DNA of 64,000 nt from Candidatus Latescibacterota bacterium (GCA_965203355.1 OZ241889.1:2656001-2720000), one strand, 5' to 3'; positions 47,885 through 58,206 are shown, counted from the stretch's first letter. Numbers and translations: made by a program. Notes: generated by a model from the letters alone, not told the origin.

Positions 47885-50059
47885 CTAGTGGCTGTGCGCA
47901 CCCGGTCCCTCGGTGGCTAGCGCGAGGGACTCGACGGCCAAGTGCTCCAAGGTCGCGGCGTCCTCGCGGACTCGATACACTTGATTGACCGGCACGTTGG
48001 TAAAGGTTTGCACTGTGCCCGACGGCCAGTGCAAAATTAGCGCGTCGAGTACCGCCGCTTCCCCCAGCCCTATTTCCTGTTGTAAGGTCGAGGCCCCAAA
48101 ACTCGCGCCCGTGCCAGCGAGGGCGTGGATCGTCCGCGCCGCCGTGCGGGCCTGAATCCGCGTCCCGACCCCGGCTCGATTCGATTTAGTCCCTTCCAGC
48201 TTGAGGGTGATCCAATGGTTGCCGTGTCCGGGGTTTTCAAAGAGCACATTGGTGTACACGTCTCCCGAATAGGCTCCGCCGATCACCGCGTAGATATCCT
48301 GATCGCCGTCGTTGTCAATATCGCCGAAGGCCACGCCATGCCCTTTTTGCAGGTGCCCGAAGCCGCCGGAAGTAGTTACATCCTCGAAGCGCTGTCCAGC
48401 GGCGTTGCGGAACATGCGGTTGGGCATTAGCGAGCGGTAGTCCGGGTCGCCGGTGCCAGCATAGAAGTCGAGCCAGCCGTCGTTGTCGAGGTCGCCGAAG
48501 TTACAGCCCATTGTATAGAGGACTTTGTCGCTGTGGGTCTGTCCGGCCAGGTCGGCGAAGGTGCCGTCGCCTTGGTTGCGGTAGAGGCGCGGCGGCTCGC
48601 CTTTGTGCGGCAGGCCCATGTAGTCAGCGGCGATGTCGCCAGCGTCGGCCTTGTAGCCGGAGACGAACAGGTCGAGCCAGCCGTCGTTGTCGTAATCCCA
48701 AAACCACACTGGAAAGCTAAACGTCGGCTGCCGTACGCCAGCGCGGGCGGTTATGTCGGAGAAACGCCATTGGCCATTGGCGTCTGGGCCGTCGTTGCGG
48801 AAGAGCAGGTTGGGTTGTCCGAGGCGGGAGATGTAGAGGTCCGGGCGGCGGTCGTTGTCAATATCGCCCCAGGCCACCCCTTTGACGAAACCCTCGACCG
48901 CCAAGCCGACTTGGGCCGCTACGTCGGCGAAGGTGCCGTCGCCTTGGTTGCGGAATAACTCGCAGGGATGGCGTGCTTGGGCCGAGGATTCGTTGCCCAC
49001 GAATAGGTCGAGCCAACCGTCGTTGTCGAAGTCGGCCCAAGCCGCGGTCTGCGTTGGGTGCAACGTGAGCAGCCCAGCCGCCTCGGTTACGTCGGCGAAG
49101 GTGCCGTCGCCTTGATTGTGCAATAGCGAGTTGGGATGGAGGCCGTCGGCACCAAACCAGCCACCGCGCAGGACTAGCACATCGGCGAAGCCATCGTTGT
49201 CAAAATCCGTCTGCACGGCATTAAGGCCGCCGACTAGGCCGGTCAAGCCAGCCGCCGCGGTGCGCTCGGCGAAAGTACCGTCGCCTTGGTTGCGGAAGTA
49301 GCGCAGTGGATCGTCGAGGCCCCAAGAAGTGGCGATGATGTCGAGGAAGCCGTCGTTGTCAAAGTCTTCCATAATGCCGCTGCCGGCCAAGCCGAGGACA
49401 TTCAACCCTAGCGCGGGTGCCCGGTCGGGAAAGGGGCCGATATCGGCGTCAGCGGCGAATACTTCCGGGGGAATGAGCTGGGCGGCTGGTACTTGGTGCG
49501 GGTACTCGCCTACGGTCATATAGGCGATGTTGAGCAACCAGCGCGAAGTCAGGTCGTAGGGGGTCTTTGCCAGAATGGCTCGGTAGTAAGCGATGGCCGC
49601 ACGCGATCCCTCTTGTGCCTGGTGAACTCCTGCGGCCGCGATGGGCAGCAGGCAGGAAGCGAGGTTGTGGTCGTCAAGGCAGTTTTGCTGCTCGCCGAGT
49701 CGCAAATAGGCGAGGGCGGTCAGCTCGGCAAGGCTCGGTCGAGTGCGGAAGCGGTGGACGTCGGCTTGCTCGTACACCTGCTCGAACAGGGCGGCCGCCT
49801 CGGCCGAGGCGCCGGCGCGCAACAACTCTTTGGCTAGCTCGACCTGTCGGCTGAGTTGTTGGACGGGATCGTCTGGCGCGGGCTGGCGGCGCAGCCAGTC
49901 AACGCGGCGTTGGCTCAGATAAATGTTGTCCTCGGCGTTGGCCTGAGCGGCGAGGGCGGCGAGTTGCTCGGCCATGCGTTGCGTGCCCGGGGCTTGGTAG
50001 GGATCGGCCGTGCAACTGGCTAACGAGAGGGCCAAGAGGAAAGTGGCGCAGGGATTCAT
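47885..50059 (-). CDS. CRTAC1-family (FG-GAP + ASPIC/UnbV) lipoprotein with a helical N-terminal region
   Basis: LASC lipobox; repeated RNQGDGTFAD and DFDNDGWLD; GHLQKGHG; QQEIGLG..HWPSG. Confidence 0.9.
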   Translation of the reverse strand: MNPCATFLLALSLASCTADPYQAPGTQRMAEQLAALAAQANAEDNIYLSQRRVDWLRRQPAPDDPVQQLSRQVELAKELLRAGASAEAAALFEQVYEQADVHRFRTRPSLAELTALAYLRLGEQQNCLDDHNLASCLLPIAAAGVHQAQEGSRAAIAYYRAILAKTPYDLTSRWLLNIAYMTVGEYPHQVPAAQLIPPEVFAADADIGPFPDRAPALGLNVLGLAGSGIMEDFDNDGFLDIIATSWGLDDPLRYFRNQGDGTFAERTAAAGLTGLVGGLNAVQTDFDNDGFADVLVLRGGWFGADGLHPNSLLHNQGDGTFADVTEAAGLLTLHPTQTAAWADFDNDGWLDLFVGNESSAQARHPCELFRNQGDGTFADVAAQVGLAVEGFVKGVAWGDIDNDRRPDLYISRLGQPNLLFRNDGPDANGQWRFSDITARAGVRQPTFSFPVWFWDYDNDGWLDLFVSGYKADAGDIAADYMGLPHKGEPPRLYRNQGDGTFADLAGQTHSDKVLYTMGCNFGDLDNDGWLDFYAGTGDPDYRSLMPNRMFRNAAGQRFEDVTTSGGFGHLQKGHGVAFGDIDNDGDQDIYAVIGGAYSGDVYTNVLFENPGHGNHWITLKLEGTKSNRAGVGTRIQARTAARTIHALAGTGASFGASTLQQEIGLGEAAVLDALILHWPSGTVQTFTNVPVNQVYRVREDAATLEHLAVESLALATEGPGAHSH

Positions 50060-50096
50060 AGGGGGTGATCGCGTCGGCAGAGTACTCCGCTGGCTT

Positions 50097-53030
50097 CTAT
50101 TTTAACAGGGTGAGTTGTTTGATGTCTAGGAAAGCTCCAGCGCGTAACCTGTAGAAATAGGAACCGCTGGCGACTGCATGGCCGTCGTCGTCGCGTCCGG
50201 TCCACTGAGCGCGATAGCGTCCAGCAGCGAGATGCCGGGCGACTAAGGTGCGGACCTTTTGGCCGAGCGCGTCGTAGATGCTCAACTCAACGGCGACCGG
50301 CGTCGCTAGCTGGAATTCAATCGTCGTGGCCGCATTGAAGGGATTGGGGTAGTTCGCGTCGAGGGCGAAAGCGGTTGGTGTGGTTTCTTCGACAGCGGCC
50401 ACCATCGTCGCGGAATCCATGCTGGCAATCCATGCTGCGATGAGCTCGGCTCCGCGCTCGTCGATGATGGAGGAAGCCAGCGGCGGCATGCGAAAGGTGC
50501 CCAGCGTCAGCATCCGCAGGTAGAGGGTGGAAAGCTGGGGTGCTTTAGGCGTGAGGATGCGGGCTTCTGGCTCGCCTACATCGCCCAGGGTGGGGAAAGC
50601 CCCGACCGCGTTGGTTTGCGCCAAAGGCGTGTCGTAGCGCAGGTCAATGATGGTGCGGTTGACGCTTTGGGGCCGGTGGCACGGAGCGCAGTTGACTGAG
50701 AGGTACGAGCGGGCGCGCTGCTCGAGTGGAACGCTGGGGTCGAAGGGGTTGGGCAGATGGGGCAAAGAAGACAAGTCGGCTGGCAAATTTCCAGTGAAAA
50801 GGCCCTGCTGGGCCAGGGCGTGCAACTGGTTTTGCTCGGCGCTGGTGGTGTGGAGTTGGGCCGTGTGTACGCCGAGAACATAGCCCGCGCCCTTGGTGTG
50901 GCAGACCTCGCAGTCTTGGCGCGAGGGAAAGTAGTACTTTTGCAAGAAAAAGCCCACTGGATCTTGGGGGTCGTCAATCACGTAGGTAACGGTCGTGCTG
51001 TCGGCGAGCAAGGTCGCGTCGGTGCCGGCTTCGTTCCACAGATAGCTATAACCGTCCCAGCCCGGAGCATCCACGCGCTTGATGAGCAAGCGCGTTTCGA
51101 TGATGCGCCGGCTGGCCGGATCGCCGCGCACCAAATCGAGATAAAAGTTCTTAATCAGCAGGGTTTCAGCGGGAAAGCCCCAAGGCCCGCTGCTGGCAAA
51201 GTCAATGCGTGCGCCGGGCGGCAAGCGCATGAACCGCGTCTTGGTGGCTCCATCCGACCAAAACGGCGCATTGACTTCGTAGGGCACCACGTCGGCCGCG
51301 GGCGTTTGCGTACCGAGGTGGCTGAAAACCCGTGCGTCGGCCAAGTGCGCGGGCGGGAATTCCCGAGCGGGCGGCAGGGCGACTTCCCACAGCCCGCGCT
51401 CGCCGCTCCATTCGATCACATAGAGGTGCTCGCCGATAATTTCGGCGTCAATCGGGTTGGAAAACCCGCCGACAATGCGGGTGACGCGTGCCTCGTAGCG
51501 GTCGCCGACTTTGGTTAAGTCGAGGTGCAACAGATCTTGGCTGGGGTCGTTGAACGGGCCGTTGACGCTGTCGCCGTCTGGATCGCCCCGAGTCCAACTG
51601 AGCGCGAAGCCATCGCCTTGAAATGGCTCGGCGAGGGCCTGGTCCACGTCGAACACTAATCCCAAGGGCGAGCGGTGCGCGGTGAAGGTGCCGAAGCGCA
51701 CCCCTTCTTCACTGGCATCCTTGATGCGACCGTCGGCTGGGTCGCGGTAGGCGTCGGCGTCTGGCCCGAGATTGATCACCGGATCGGTAAAATCGCGCGG
51801 GGGCGGCGGGAACGTGGGATCGTTGTGGTAATAGCCTTCGCGCACGGCCGTGGAGCGCGGCGAGAGGAGGAAATCAGTGGCTGGATCGTAGTTGGGAAAT
51901 TGCTGGGGGGTATCGTCGAATCCCATGCGCCAAGGAAAGCCGTAGTGATGCCCTGGACGCAGCCAGTTGAGTTCTTCGGCCATGTCGCGGCCCGGCCCGT
52001 TTTCCGTGGCGAAGAGGTCGCCGTTGGGCGCGAACGCGAAGTCGTAGGCGTTGCGCAAGCCCTCGGCAAAGAGGAATCCTTGGGCGCGGAGCGCGGCGCG
52101 GTCGTTGGGCAGCACCAGGTCGCGGGCATCGGTCGGAACGCGCAAAATCACGGCGGTGAGTGCGGTTTCGCGCAGCCCGGGGAAGTGCCCATTGCCGTCT
52201 TGTATTTCGCCGTGATCGGTGCGCGAGCCGCTGTTGATAAAGAGCGAGCGATTGTCCGGGCTGACGATTAGCGCGTTGACTTCGTGGTTGTAGATGCAGT
52301 CGCACCGCTCATACGGTGCGGTTTCCGCGAGCGTGAACCAAATGCGCTCGCCCCTGTTTGGATCGACTTCGCCCTTGGTGATGGTGGCGATATTGTAGAT
52401 AGACAGGTCGATGCGTTTGAGAACGTAAAAGGTGCCGTCGTCGGCGATAAACAGCGCACTCGGACGGATGAAACCGTGGTCCGCGGTCGTGTACGCCGTG
52501 CCCTCAGGCAAGCGGGTGATATCGCCGTTGTTCTCGAGGACGTAGCGATTAGCGGTCGTGGGGTCGCGGCCAAAAATGGAGGCCGCGAGGATGTCGTCGA
52601 TGGGAATGTCGGCGGGCAGATGGTCCGGGTCGAGCTGTTCCCAGCGTCGCTCGCCGGTGTCTGCGTCGAGCAAAGTGCCGCGTGCAAGGGCAAATTGGCC
52701 GCTGTTGCCGGGGCCGTGGCGATTGGAGGCTAAGTAAAACGAGCCGTCTGGCCCGATGGCAAAGCCCGTGAAGCCGCTGCCAATGCCGTGGTCGCGGTGG
52801 GAATACACTGGGACGCGCTCAGCCGCCGCTAGGTTGATGCGTTCGATCACGCCATCTTGCCGCAAGATATAGAGCGCGTCGTCGCGTGGATCCTTGGCGA
52901 TGCGGATGGTGCCTTGCGCAACGCCGAGGATGCGGCGGATTTCAATATCGTCGCGGGTCGCTTGTGGGGCTGCGTACGCGGTGGAGCAGAAGGCGGCGAG
53001 CGCGACAAGCGAGAGGCGACGGACCAGCAT
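50097..53030 (-). CDS. Secreted glucose/sorbosone dehydrogenase-like propeller + di-heme cytochrome c module + PNPFN (T9SS type-A/FlgD-like) C-terminal domain
   Basis: Signal peptide; GLRNAYDFAF..ENGP..EELN..HYGFP; PFWSDGATKTR, CEVCH, CAPCH, RMPPLAS; NYPNPFNAAT...WTGRDDDG..VASGSYFY. Confidence 0.85.
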   Translation of the reverse strand: MLVRRLSLVALAAFCSTAYAAPQATRDDIEIRRILGVAQGTIRIAKDPRDDALYILRQDGVIERINLAAAERVPVYSHRDHGIGSGFTGFAIGPDGSFYLASNRHGPGNSGQFALARGTLLDADTGERRWEQLDPDHLPADIPIDDILAASIFGRDPTTANRYVLENNGDITRLPEGTAYTTADHGFIRPSALFIADDGTFYVLKRIDLSIYNIATITKGEVDPNRGERIWFTLAETAPYERCDCIYNHEVNALIVSPDNRSLFINSGSRTDHGEIQDGNGHFPGLRETALTAVILRVPTDARDLVLPNDRAALRAQGFLFAEGLRNAYDFAFAPNGDLFATENGPGRDMAEELNWLRPGHHYGFPWRMGFDDTPQQFPNYDPATDFLLSPRSTAVREGYYHNDPTFPPPPRDFTDPVINLGPDADAYRDPADGRIKDASEEGVRFGTFTAHRSPLGLVFDVDQALAEPFQGDGFALSWTRGDPDGDSVNGPFNDPSQDLLHLDLTKVGDRYEARVTRIVGGFSNPIDAEIIGEHLYVIEWSGERGLWEVALPPAREFPPAHLADARVFSHLGTQTPAADVVPYEVNAPFWSDGATKTRFMRLPPGARIDFASSGPWGFPAETLLIKNFYLDLVRGDPASRRIIETRLLIKRVDAPGWDGYSYLWNEAGTDATLLADSTTVTYVIDDPQDPVGFFLQKYYFPSRQDCEVCHTKGAGYVLGVHTAQLHTTSAEQNQLHALAQQGLFTGNLPADLSSLPHLPNPFDPSVPLEQRARSYLSVNCAPCHRPQSVNRTIIDLRYDTPLAQTNAVGAFPTLGDVGEPEARILTPKAPQLSTLYLRMLTLGTFRMPPLASSIIDERGAELIAAWIASMDSATMVAAVEETTPTAFALDANYPNPFNAATTIEFQLATPVAVELSIYDALGQKVRTLVARHLAAGRYRAQWTGRDDDGHAVASGSYFYRLRAGAFLDIKQLTLLK

Positions 53031-54970
53031 GGCGTTCCTCAGCGCAACTCATTTGAGCAGCGTAAGCTGGCGGGTGGCGACAAAATCATCGGCCGATAGC
53101 TGATATAGATACGCGCCACTGGCGACGGGCACGCCGCCCTCGTTGTGGCCGTCCCATTGCCGGCGGTGGTATCCGGCGGGCAGAGAGCCGCTGATAAGGG
53201 TGCGCACGTGCTGGCCGCTGATGCTGTAAATGGCCAATTCGACCTGGGCCGGCCGGGCGAGTTGGAAGGCAATGGTCGTGCTGGCGTTAAAGGGGTTGGG
53301 GAAGTTTTGCGCCAGCGCAACGGCTTCGGGTACAACGCCTTCGGCTTCGGCCACGGCCGTTTCGACTGGCGCCGGTGGCAAGGCGATTTCCCACAGGCCG
53401 CGCCCGCCGCTCCACTCAATGACGTACAGGCGATTGCCGATGATTTCCGCGTCAATGGGGTTGGAAAACCCGCCGACGATGCGGGTGACGTGCGCCTCAT
53501 AGTTGTCGCCGACTTTGGCTAAGTCGAGATGTAGCATATCCTCGCTGGGGTCGTTGAACGGGCCGGCGACGTCATCGCCGTCGGGATCGCCAGCGGTCCA
53601 ACTCAGCACGAAGCCGTCGCCCTTGAACGGCTCGGCCAAGGCGTGGCCCACGTCGAACACCAGCCCCAAGGGCGAGCGGTGCGCGGTGAAGGTGCCGAAG
53701 CGCACGCCTTCTTCACTGGCGTCCTTGATTTGGCCATCGGCTGAATCGCGGTACGCGTCGGCGTCCGGTCCGAGGTTGATCACCGGATCGGTGAAGTTGC
53801 GCGGCGGCGGCGGGAACGTGGGATCCTGGTGATAGTAGCCTTCGCGCACGGCCGTAAATCTAGCGGGGAGGAGCAAGTCGCTGGCTGGATCGTAGTCGGG
53901 AAATTGCTGGGGGGTGTCGTCGAGTCCCATGCGCCAAGGAAAACCGTAGTGATGGCCTTGGCGCAGCCAATTAAGTTCTTCGGCCATGTCGCGGTCCGGC
54001 CCGTTTTCCGTGGCGAAGAGGTCGCCGTTGGGCGCGAAGGCAAGGTCGTAGGCGTTGCGCAGCCCCTCGGCAAAGAGAAATCCCTGGGCGCGGAGCGCGT
54101 CGCGGTCGTTGGGCAACACGAGATCGCGGGCATCGGTTGGGACGCGCAAGACGATCGCGGTGAGCGCGGTTTCGCGCAGGTTGGGAAAGGCACCGCCGTT
54201 GCCGTCTTGTATTTCGCCGTGATCGGTGCGCGAGCCGCTGTTGATAAAGAGCGCGCGATTGTCGGGGCTGACGAGCAGTCCGTTGACCTGGTGGTTGAAG
54301 ATGCAGTCGCACCGCTCATAGGGTGCGGTTGCTGCGAGGGTGAACCAAGTGCGCTTCTCGCTTGTTGGATCGACCTCGCCTTTGGTGATAGTGGCGATGT
54401 TGTAGCCGGAGAGGTCAATGCGTTTGAGGACGTAAAAGGTGCCGCCGCTGTCGATAAACAGAGCACTCGGGCGGCTGAGGCCGTGATCCGCGGCTGTGTA
54501 CACCGTGCCGGCCGGCACGAGGGTAATGTCGCCATTGTTCTTGAGTGCATAGCGGGTATCGGTCGTGGGGTCGCGGCCGAGGCTGGAGGCGGCGAGGATG
54601 TCGTCGATGGGAACATCATCGGGCAAGTTGTCTGGGGCGAGTTGTTCCCATTGTCGCTCGCCGGTGTCGGCGTCGAGCAAAATGCCGCGGGCCAGGGCAA
54701 ATTGGCCGCTATCGCGCGGACCGCGGCGATTCGAGGCCAAGTAAAACGAGCCGTCCGGCCCGATGGCAAAGCCCGTGAAACCACTGCGGATGCCGTGATC
54801 CGCGTTGGAATATGCGGACGTGTGCGCGGCTGCCGCTAGGTCAATGCGATCAATAGCGCCGTTTTGCCGCAAGGTGTAGAGTGCGTTGGTACGCGGATCC
54901 TTGGCGATGCGGATCGTGCCTTGGGGGACGTTGAGGACGCGGCTGACTTCAATGTCGTCGCGGGTGGCTT
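51370..54970 (-). repeat. ~1.6 kb direct repeat (about 51370-52960 and 53375-54970) from a tandem gene duplication
   Basis: Long near-identical nucleotide stretches, e.g. gccgtcttgtatttcgccgtgatcggtgcgcgagccgctgttgataaagagcg at about 52194 and 54201. Confidence 0.85.
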
Positions 54971-55031
54971 GTGGGTCGGCATAGGCGGCGGAGCAAAGGG
55001 CCGCGAGTACAGCCAATGAGAAGGGGAACAT
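53049..55031 (-). CDS. Secreted glucose/sorbosone dehydrogenase-like protein with a PNPFN C-terminal domain (tandem paralog lacking the cytochrome)
   Basis: Highly similar to the N-terminal ~550 aa of 50097-53030; TAVAE..NFPNPFNAST..WDGHNEGG..VASGAYLY. Confidence 0.85.
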   Translation of the reverse strand: MFPFSLAVLAALCSAAYADPQATRDDIEVSRVLNVPQGTIRIAKDPRTNALYTLRQNGAIDRIDLAAAAHTSAYSNADHGIRSGFTGFAIGPDGSFYLASNRRGPRDSGQFALARGILLDADTGERQWEQLAPDNLPDDVPIDDILAASSLGRDPTTDTRYALKNNGDITLVPAGTVYTAADHGLSRPSALFIDSGGTFYVLKRIDLSGYNIATITKGEVDPTSEKRTWFTLAATAPYERCDCIFNHQVNGLLVSPDNRALFINSGSRTDHGEIQDGNGGAFPNLRETALTAIVLRVPTDARDLVLPNDRDALRAQGFLFAEGLRNAYDLAFAPNGDLFATENGPDRDMAEELNWLRQGHHYGFPWRMGLDDTPQQFPDYDPASDLLLPARFTAVREGYYHQDPTFPPPPRNFTDPVINLGPDADAYRDSADGQIKDASEEGVRFGTFTAHRSPLGLVFDVGHALAEPFKGDGFVLSWTAGDPDGDDVAGPFNDPSEDMLHLDLAKVGDNYEAHVTRIVGGFSNPIDAEIIGNRLYVIEWSGGRGLWEIALPPAPVETAVAEAEGVVPEAVALAQNFPNPFNASTTIAFQLARPAQVELAIYSISGQHVRTLISGSLPAGYHRRQWDGHNEGGVPVASGAYLYQLSADDFVATRQLTLLK

Positions 55032-55305
55032 GGGGGCCTTTCGGAATGAAGTTAAGTAGCCTAGACCGCTTCTAACAGCCGGACGTTAAAGGCGGCTTCG
55101 TTTGGTTCGCAGGATGAGTGCGCCGTGTCCGGCCTTGCTGCTGGCGAGTGCCGATCCAACAAAAAGAGTCAGTAGTCTATATTGTACTATGCTCGGGCTT
55201 GATTCGCTTGGAACAGAATTCCGAACTTCGCTTCTGTTCATTTTTTATACGTTTCTCTCTCATCTAGGCTGTCGCCTTTCAACATATTCTAAGTTGCAAT
55301 GCGGC

Positions 55306-58206
55306 TTAAGAAGTGTCAATCCGCGTCTTTTTGCCGCCGTGGACGCTTGGCTCGGCGCACCATTGATCGCGCAAAAGAGCGAGCGGTTCGAGGGCTGATT
55401 CGGGCAGATGCAGCAGGTCAACCAAAACGGCGCGGTCGAGGGCTTGGCGCGCGTCGTCCCGGTATGCTTCGTTGGCTGGCAGGAACTCCTTTTCCGCAAA
55501 CCGCGCAAAGATAGATTTGGCTCGGGCAAGCTGCTCTTCGCTGAGAGTGCGCGGATCCAAGACCGTCAGACCGGGCAACTGGGTGATCGTCAGACACGCC
55601 CGGCCCTGCTGTTGTCGGGTGCCAATCCACCAAAAGGCAAGAAGCCCTAGCGTCGTGTTGGACCACAAAACGAGCGGTAGCGTCCACTCGTCTTCCGCTG
55701 GAACGAAGTTGGGCCATGCTCGGCCACCAATCGCTTTGGTTGGCGTAATGCAGGCGGTGAGACTCTGCGAGTTGATTTGAAAATCGCGATTGAAGTGCAG
55801 CCGTGATGCCGTGCGCTGCCAAACCCGGACCGCGTGCGCATCGCAGCCGGGGCGTACTTCGCCTTCGCTATCAGGCGGAACGACGAGGCTCCGTTCGCGC
55901 TTGGCGTCGTGGCCCCACAAAACCGGATATTGCGGGACGCCCTGAATGGGAATGACTTCAAAGGGACCGCGTGGCGTTCCATTACTGTTCTGCCCAGCGA
56001 TGTCGCGGTCGAGTAGCCCCTTCTCGCCAATATCTCCGAGGCAAATCGTGGAAAGCGGCGCGGTGTAACCGCGGGGCAACCGGAGCTCTTTTTCGGTTAA
56101 TCCAAGGGCGGTGTCGGCGAGCGTGGTTTCGCGGAGGGACGCGCAACCGCCTTGGCGCAAAGGAGCGCGAATGTACGTACCGATGATCGTGCGATCGCCC
56201 ACGCAAAGCCGCCCTTGCCGGGCTTGGGGAGCGATGTGACATACGGCCCGCGCTATCTCAAAGGCTTCCACGAGGCTGCTCGGCCGGTGATAAAGATTGA
56301 CGAATAGCGTTTTATCGCATCCTGCTCGTCCATCGTGTTTTTTGGTCCCCACCACCAGGGCCTCGGCCATGCCGGTATCGGCTGAAAAAGCCCGGTCGGT
56401 ATTGCCGTACCCGGCAATGGTCAGCACCGCCAAGTTTTCGTATTCGCGTTCCAACAAGCAACGGACACCCTCCCAAGCACCGCCACTCACACACGAGGCC
56501 GGCAACACCAGCGCGAGGACGCCGCTTGGCTTGGTCTTGACGTGGGCGAGGTCAATGAAATTGGACGCTAGCCCCGCGTTGCCGTGGCCGGCTGGATTGG
56601 CCAACCGCCGCCGTATCTCGGCTAGTCGCTTGGCCATGGCCTGCTGTTCGTCCCCGGTCCGGCCCAATCCGGCAAAGGAAGGAACCGGCACCTCGGTATT
56701 TTCGTGGTTGGTCGGTCGAGTAAAGGGAGGATTCATAATCACCAGATCGGCCGTTTCGCGGGGAAGGATCATGTCTTGGCTCCCCTCGGTTGTCACGTCC
56801 GCGCCCGTACCGTGCGCCGTGGTGGCACCAGTACCAAACAACGATGGCGCCGCGTCATCTTCAATCAGATCCAGGGCCCCCAACGCCATGGTATGCCGCT
56901 TTTCTTGGCTCTGCTGTCCATAGGGCAACGTATGGACGCGGGTGCGGCCAAAAGTGGTGCCCGGATGGGCACTCGACAGCATGGATGCGGTAAGGTGGGT
57001 GGCCGCTGGCATGATGTCAGCCGCGATGAGGGCGTGTTCCATCATCTGCTGGTGCAGTAGCTGATCGTCGCCGCCCGCTCGCCGATGGCGCGACGCTAGG
57101 GCGCGATAAGTCGCCGAAAGCAGAGCACCCGTGCCGCAGGCTAGGTCGGCGACTCGGAGACGGATGAAAGCGTCCGGGTTGGACCAATCCGTTGCCGCAT
57201 CCAAACGAGCCACCGCTAACTCGCCGAGCAGGGCGGCCGAGGTCGGCAGCGTATAGAACGTGGCGAGAAATTTCCGGTCGGCGATGAGCCGCTGGAACAT
57301 CCGTCCAGAAAGATCGTGCAAAGTGGTAGCCCCCAACCCGGCTAAGTCGCTGGCCGCCTGCGCGAGGCGATTGAGGACCCCATTCGCCGTACCGTCGGGA
57401 ATCGGTAGAAGCAAATCGGAGGCAATGCGAAAAATTGGATAGTAATTGATGTTATCGAGGATATGCTGCCAACATGCAAGCAACCGGCTCTTGCTGACGT
57501 CGTTGCGCCCTGGAATACGCAATTCGTCGATGGCAGCGATACCGTGCGCTTCAACAATAGCGGTGTGAAAGACGAGCGCGTTGGCGACGATGGCCATAGC
57601 CATGCGCGAGGTTTGCTCGCCGTCCTCTTGGTGGAGGAACTGCGCCATTTTCTTTAGCACGGTGGGTCCAGCCGTTTCGCGCAACGCGCCGCTGGCATCG
57701 CCAATACTCTGCTCTAGAATTTGCGTTCCCTCGGCGAGCAGCCGCTCGGACAACGAGACGTTTTCAATACAGCTAGCGAGATCGTCAATGCTGCCGGAGA
57801 GCCAGCCCTTGGCGGGCCAGCGCACGGCCCTATCCGCTGGCAACGAGTACGTGCAATAGCGGAACTCAGCCGCTTCGATCTCCCGCGCCAAATTTTCCTG
57901 CGGCACTTCGCTTAGGTCTTGCGGAATGCGGACGGCGATGGTTTGCTCAAGCTGGGTACCTGTGTGCTGCAAGAAGTTCCCCAAGCGTTTTTGGGCGTCT
58001 TCTTCGACGCTGCGTGCTGGTTCAAACTCGGTTTCGAGGACGACCGGAATGCCACCCGGAGGACGAATGACGATATCCGGCCGCAATGCCGTCTCACGGA
58101 CGACGTCCTGTTGCTCTGCACTGGTGCGGTCGCGCCAGCGCGGGTGCTTGGTCCGCAGCACGTTCGACAGTGCGACGTTAAAGGCGATTTCGTTGGTGCG
58201 GGGCAT
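55306..58206 (-). CDS. Type IIG/IIC-like restriction-modification fusion (nuclease + N6-adenine MTase + target-recognition region)
   Basis: N-terminal RPDIV...VVLETEF; RKFLATFYT; DLACGTGALL (motif I); IMNPPF (motif IV). Confidence 0.82.
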   Translation of the reverse strand: MPRTNEIAFNVALSNVLRTKHPRWRDRTSAEQQDVVRETALRPDIVIRPPGGIPVVLETEFEPARSVEEDAQKRLGNFLQHTGTQLEQTIAVRIPQDLSEVPQENLAREIEAAEFRYCTYSLPADRAVRWPAKGWLSGSIDDLASCIENVSLSERLLAEGTQILEQSIGDASGALRETAGPTVLKKMAQFLHQEDGEQTSRMAMAIVANALVFHTAIVEAHGIAAIDELRIPGRNDVSKSRLLACWQHILDNINYYPIFRIASDLLLPIPDGTANGVLNRLAQAASDLAGLGATTLHDLSGRMFQRLIADRKFLATFYTLPTSAALLGELAVARLDAATDWSNPDAFIRLRVADLACGTGALLSATYRALASRHRRAGGDDQLLHQQMMEHALIAADIMPAATHLTASMLSSAHPGTTFGRTRVHTLPYGQQSQEKRHTMALGALDLIEDDAAPSLFGTGATTAHGTGADVTTEGSQDMILPRETADLVIMNPPFTRPTNHENTEVPVPSFAGLGRTGDEQQAMAKRLAEIRRRLANPAGHGNAGLASNFIDLAHVKTKPSGVLALVLPASCVSGGAWEGVRCLLEREYENLAVLTIAGYGNTDRAFSADTGMAEALVVGTKKHDGRAGCDKTLFVNLYHRPSSLVEAFEIARAVCHIAPQARQGRLCVGDRTIIGTYIRAPLRQGGCASLRETTLADTALGLTEKELRLPRGYTAPLSTICLGDIGEKGLLDRDIAGQNSNGTPRGPFEVIPIQGVPQYPVLWGHDAKRERSLVVPPDSEGEVRPGCDAHAVRVWQRTASRLHFNRDFQINSQSLTACITPTKAIGGRAWPNFVPAEDEWTLPLVLWSNTTLGLLAFWWIGTRQQQGRACLTITQLPGLTVLDPRTLSEEQLARAKSIFARFAEKEFLPANEAYRDDARQALDRAVLVDLLHLPESALEPLALLRDQWCAEPSVHGGKKTRIDTS

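Noticed and set aside
48545-49300. Recurring ~30-nt sequence gtcggcgaaggtgccgtcgccttggttgcgg, superficially CRISPR-like
   Set aside because: Spacing is irregular and long (about 170-370 bp), and the copies are in-frame FG-GAP repeats (RNQGDGTFAD) inside a CRTAC1 CDS.
24847-54839. Long antisense or alternative-frame ORFs (e.g. 24847-25740, 29546-30778, 44520-45557, 53829-54839)
   Set aside because: They overlap well-supported genes, show no recognisable motifs and are expected in high-GC DNA.
55032-55305. Possible riboswitch or sRNA upstream of the duplicated dehydrogenase genes
   Set aside because: Only an imperfect hairpin (about 55066-55095) is visible, with no recognisable aptamer consensus.
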